Source of the DNA: a virus
Reading direction: 5' to 3' (one strand)
Length of the DNA: 64,000 nucleotides
IMG/VR virus record: IMGVR_UViG_3300017751_000011
Coordinates: 1-64,000 of that record
A program made the position numbers and the translations under genes. The number at the start of each line of letters is the position of its first letter. Position 1 is the first letter of the stretch. Positions 61,400 to 64,000 of the stretch are shown one piece after another. Below the pieces are notes generated by a model. The model was not told the DNA's origin and searched no databases. It saw only the letters and a program-made list of their open reading frames with translations.

Positions 61400-61732
61400 A
61401 TGAAGCACATCATCACCACCCTATTATTAGCAGCCACGACTGCAATCAGCGCACAGACCATCTTTTTTCAACCCTCAGACTATAGCTTACCTGCAGCTAC
61501 TCACGAATGGAGTGTAACGGTAGTCTCTAACCTAGGGGTAGCTCAAAACATGTACGAGGGGATGGTTCAGTCAGAGACATTGATCTTAACTGACCTCGAC
61601 ACTAATTTCAAGGAGTACATCTTTACCCACTACATCGACGGGCAGTTAGAAGAACAGTTTGTGTACGACTGCCAAGTCCAGCAGGTGCACCCAGAAGTAA
61701 CTACGATTACAGTAGCTACGGTAGTAAAGTAA
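61400..61732 (+). CDS. small secreted protein (110 aa)
   Basis: Signal peptide MKHIITTLLLAATTAISAQ. Followed by a terminator. Confidence 0.55.
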   Translation: MKHIITTLLLAATTAISAQTIFFQPSDYSLPAATHEWSVTVVSNLGVAQNMYEGMVQSETLILTDLDTNFKEYIFTHYIDGQLEEQFVYDCQVQQVHPEVTTITVATVVK

Positions 61733-61752
61733 CCAAAACCGCATACTAAGAG

Positions 61753-61775
61753 AAAAGCCCCGTGAGGGGCTTTTT
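61753..61775. terminator. bidirectional rho-independent terminator
   Basis: AAAA-GCCCC-gtga-GGGGC-TTTTT between convergent genes. Confidence 0.75.
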
Positions 61776-61783
61776 CTTTTTAG

Positions 61784-62572
61784 TCATCTTCTGTAGTTGC
61801 TTAAGCCACGCAGTAGGCCTTTGACTCCCGCTTTCTCTCTATCTTCTCTAAACTCCTTGTTCTGCTGACGAACCGTGTCTCTCATGCCCCCCATTTTACC
61901 TTGTGCTGCAAGAGAGCGCATGATCGCGTTCTGTGCAAATCGGTTAAAGTCTGGAGCTCCCGCCCCTTTAGCTTGTGTTTCTTTGAGGTAGTCGCTTTTG
62001 TAGATGCTGGCCGCCTGACGAGGCGACACAGGCTCCCCGTCAGCAAAGAACGTAGGCTGAACCATTCCGTTCTGCTCCCTAGTAGATACCGTAATTCTCT
62101 TTCTGCCGTCCTTGATCTCACCACCTTGCTCGTAGATCTTACCTCCGTACTTCATGCCTTGGGCCTTAGATCCACCTGCACCACGAGACTGGTTCAGCAT
62201 TTCCATAAGATCCTCTGTTTCACTGGCTCCTGGACCGCCTTGAGCTTCGTTACGCATCTGCTGACCACGAGATTGACCTTCGAAAGTAGCTTCATCGAGA
62301 ACAAAATCCCCGTTTTCGTCTTCTACGATAGGATAGTCTTCGTCAGCGATCATCATGCCGCCGTTCTCATCCTGAGAGACAGCGTATTCGTTCCAGTTCC
62401 CGTAGACTTTTACCTGCTCCCCGTTAGGGGCATCGTACATAACAAACTCCCGATCTCCGTCACGCTCTACAGGAGAAGTGTACTGACCAGCCATACTAAA
62501 GCTGTTCTGCCCTCCTTTCTTTTTCTCCATTGCTTCGCGAAGCTTGTCCGCCATGCCACCTGAGTTCATCAT
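61784..62572 (-). CDS. hypothetical Gly-rich charged protein (262 aa)
   Basis: GMKYGGKIYEQGGEI motif, similar to GGKIYGKKG in the 27174-27983 product. Confidence 0.6.
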   Translation of the reverse strand: MMNSGGMADKLREAMEKKKGGQNSFSMAGQYTSPVERDGDREFVMYDAPNGEQVKVYGNWNEYAVSQDENGGMMIADEDYPIVEDENGDFVLDEATFEGQSRGQQMRNEAQGGPGASETEDLMEMLNQSRGAGGSKAQGMKYGGKIYEQGGEIKDGRKRITVSTREQNGMVQPTFFADGEPVSPRQAASIYKSDYLKETQAKGAGAPDFNRFAQNAIMRSLAAQGKMGGMRDTVRQQNKEFREDREKAGVKGLLRGLSNYRR

Positions 62573-63357
62573 GATAAGCCTTTTAATTTTTTGTTCAACG
62601 TAGTCTTAGCTCGGTTTCCCATAACACCCACTCTTTTCTTAGGGGTGACCACTTTAGACTTCTCTCGCTTAGAACGCTTGTTAATACGTGCGGCCTTTCT
62701 ATCTGCTCTCACATCCTTGCGGTCAGCACCCTGAGCTACAGTCTTAGGTCCGCGCTTTACCGCAGACACTGGCTTCGGTGCTGTCTTAATAGTAGGCTTA
62801 AGAGTAGGCTTAGAAGCTGGCGTCTTAGCAGAAACTTTAGTAACGACCTTCTTCTCGACCCTGGAAGGAGCGTTCATTTTCACTACACGCTTATTTGCTG
62901 GTTTCGGGGCTGCCTTTACGCTGGGTCTATTTGTAGGACCCTTGCCGTAAGCGCTATTGATCTTGTTCTGAGCAGCATTGTACTCTGGAGATCCCTTTGT
63001 GGCGGAGTTTCGGGCTTTAATGTATGAATCCAACTTGGGATCTTTTTTCTTAGCATCTGCGTAAGAAGATTTCTTGGCCTTTGGTTTTGCTGCTGGAGTA
63101 GAAGTCTTAGCTTTTGGCTTACCGCTTACCGCGTTTGCCGCTTTCGCTTGAGCTTTTCTAGCAGGAGCCAATGCCCTATCCGCTGCCGATGCAGCTTTCC
63201 CCTGAACTTTCTGAGCAGGAGCCAATGCCCTGTCCGCTGCTGAAGACGCTGACGCCTGTGCTCTTTGACCAGCACTCCTTATGGGCTCTAACGCAGAGTT
63301 AATTGCCCCCCTTACTCTGTCTGCAAAGTCAGGAGATTTCTTTTTGGGATCAGCCAT
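62569..63357 (-). CDS. Lys/Ala/Pro-rich histone H1/AlgP-like basic protein (262 aa)
   Basis: KPKAK, KAAPKPANK and TAPKPVSAVK repeats. Contains an 18-aa tandem duplication SAADRALAPA(Q/R)K(V/A)Q(G/A)KAA. Confidence 0.65.
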   Translation of the reverse strand: MADPKKKSPDFADRVRGAINSALEPIRSAGQRAQASASSAADRALAPAQKVQGKAASAADRALAPARKAQAKAANAVSGKPKAKTSTPAAKPKAKKSSYADAKKKDPKLDSYIKARNSATKGSPEYNAAQNKINSAYGKGPTNRPSVKAAPKPANKRVVKMNAPSRVEKKVVTKVSAKTPASKPTLKPTIKTAPKPVSAVKRGPKTVAQGADRKDVRADRKAARINKRSKREKSKVVTPKKRVGVMGNRAKTTLNKKLKGLS

Positions 63358-63515
63358 TAGTTCTTCTTTCTATCAGCGATGACCATATTTACCAAGCTGT
63401 CGATATATCCGAATACCTGATTGTCCTTGTCCGTTGGAGTAAGGTTTACCACCACCTTGATGAGGGCGAGAACTCCGATTACGAGCTCAGCGAGATTGTC
63501 AAGAATAAAATCCAT
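63357..63515 (-). CDS. small membrane protein (52 aa, not in ORF track)
   Basis: Hand translation gives MDFILDNLAELVIGVLALIKVVVNLTPTDKDNQVFGYIDSLVNMVIADRKKN. TAATG-coupled downstream. Confidence 0.5.
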   Translation of the reverse strand: MDFILDNLAELVIGVLALIKVVVNLTPTDKDNQVFGYIDSLVNMVIADRKKN

Positions 63516-63519
63516 GAGA

Positions 63520-63527
63520 CAAATATA
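63520..63527 (-). promoter_or_regulatory. late-type -7 box TATATTTG
   Basis: Exact octamer 4 nt upstream of the ATG at 63515. Confidence 0.5.
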
Positions 63528-63553
63528 TTAGATATACAGACTCAAGTAGAGAC

Positions 63554-63778
63554 CTACCTGTACTTACTCTGTCGCTTATCTTTCTTTACTAGGCCTGACT
63601 TGCTCTTCTTGAGCTTGTCCTTGATCTTAACCTTAAAACCTTCGCCTTCTCCCTTGGCTTTGAACTTAGTGACGCGCCCCCCGCGCTTCTCCACCTTCTT
63701 GCCTTCTACTTGGATCTCCTTACCGTCAACTTCAACGCCGAAGCCTCCCTTAGTAACCTTTCTTTTCTTAGCTCTCAT
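63554..63778 (-). CDS. small very basic protein (74 aa)
   Basis: MRAKKRKVTKGGFGVEVDGKEIQVEGKKVEKRGGRVTKFKAKGEGEGFKVKIKDKLKK... Confidence 0.55.
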   Translation of the reverse strand: MRAKKRKVTKGGFGVEVDGKEIQVEGKKVEKRGGRVTKFKAKGEGEGFKVKIKDKLKKSKSGLVKKDKRQSKYR

Positions 63779-64000
63779 CTTGTAAACTCGTTAGGGTGTA
63801 TTCTAAAATTCATCCTGAAGTCGTCGTTCTTGTTATAATCCCTATCTCCTTCTTCCCCGCTCCTAACTCTGTTCCTTAGCTCCCTGTACCAGTTGCTGTT
63901 CTCCCCTTCTTTGAAGTTTCGTTCTCCTTTATTCCAATCGTATACGTCTGTATAGATGTACCCCCCAGGGTTTTCTGGGTCAGGCCAGTATCTGCCTCTT
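63775..64000 (-). CDS. hypothetical protein, 5'-truncated by the window edge
   Basis: Open frame to the window end (...YWPDPENPGGYIYTDVYDWNKGERNF...HPNEFTR). The stop forms an ATGA overlap with the next gene. Confidence 0.45.
   Translation of the reverse strand, partial: RGRYWPDPENPGGYIYTDVYDWNKGERNFKEGENSNWYRELRNRVRSGEEGDRDYNKNDDFRMNFRIHPNEFTR

Noticed and set aside
61901-62563. 220-aa plus-strand ORF
   Set aside because: Antisense to 61784-62572, with Cys/Leu/Phe/Ser-rich nonsense-like composition. It would read straight into the upstream leftward gene.

Overview
The window is about 64 kb of a tailed dsDNA bacteriophage genome. I saw no cellular housekeeping genes, integrase, transposase or CRISPR array. 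It has two convergent arms that meet at a shared hairpin terminator near 15.73-15.76 kb.

Rightward arm (1-15.7 kb): about 25 tightly packed small early ORFs, many shorter than 60 aa and so absent from the ORF track. Many are joined by ATGA or TAATG stop/start overlaps. This arm also carries two tRNAs (Met-CAU, Arg-CCU) and a degenerate tRNA-like element. A replication and recombination module follows:
- DnaA domain IV-like HTH protein
- Rad52/Sak-like annealase
- PD-(D/E)XK exonuclease
- small protein with an SSB-type DDLPF tail
- VirE_N/SF4 primase-helicase
- T7 endonuclease I-like resolvase
- a further nuclease-like protein
- class I ribonucleotide reductase, beta and alpha subunits

Leftward arm (15.7-64 kb), listed in transcription order:
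- small basic and membrane proteins
- M15 endolysin
- GroES-like protein
- a secreted protein with a Bacteroidota T9SS type-B C-terminal sorting domain, flanked by tRNA-Arg(UCU) and a tRNA remnant
- large terminase and portal
- a roughly 13 kb block of fibre-like genes (collagen-like, possibly C1q-like, LamG, dockerin-like, tandem repeats)
- a cluster of small basic proteins
- scaffold, GC-rich major capsid and decoration genes, each followed by its own terminator
- large virion proteins of 1470 aa and 3237 aa, and a holin-like protein

Regulatory signals look Bacteroidota-like. Three early promoters have the form TTTG-N20/21-TATCTTTG. The box TATATTTG recurs in the short spacers upstream of leftward genes, often only 4-7 nt from the ATG, which suggests leaderless mRNAs. 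There are no Shine-Dalgarno sequences; early start codons are preceded by CA-rich leaders instead. Host assignment to Bacteroidota (Flavobacteriia-like) is an inference from these signals and the T9SS domain. All functional calls rest on motifs read by eye and need HMM or structure confirmation.
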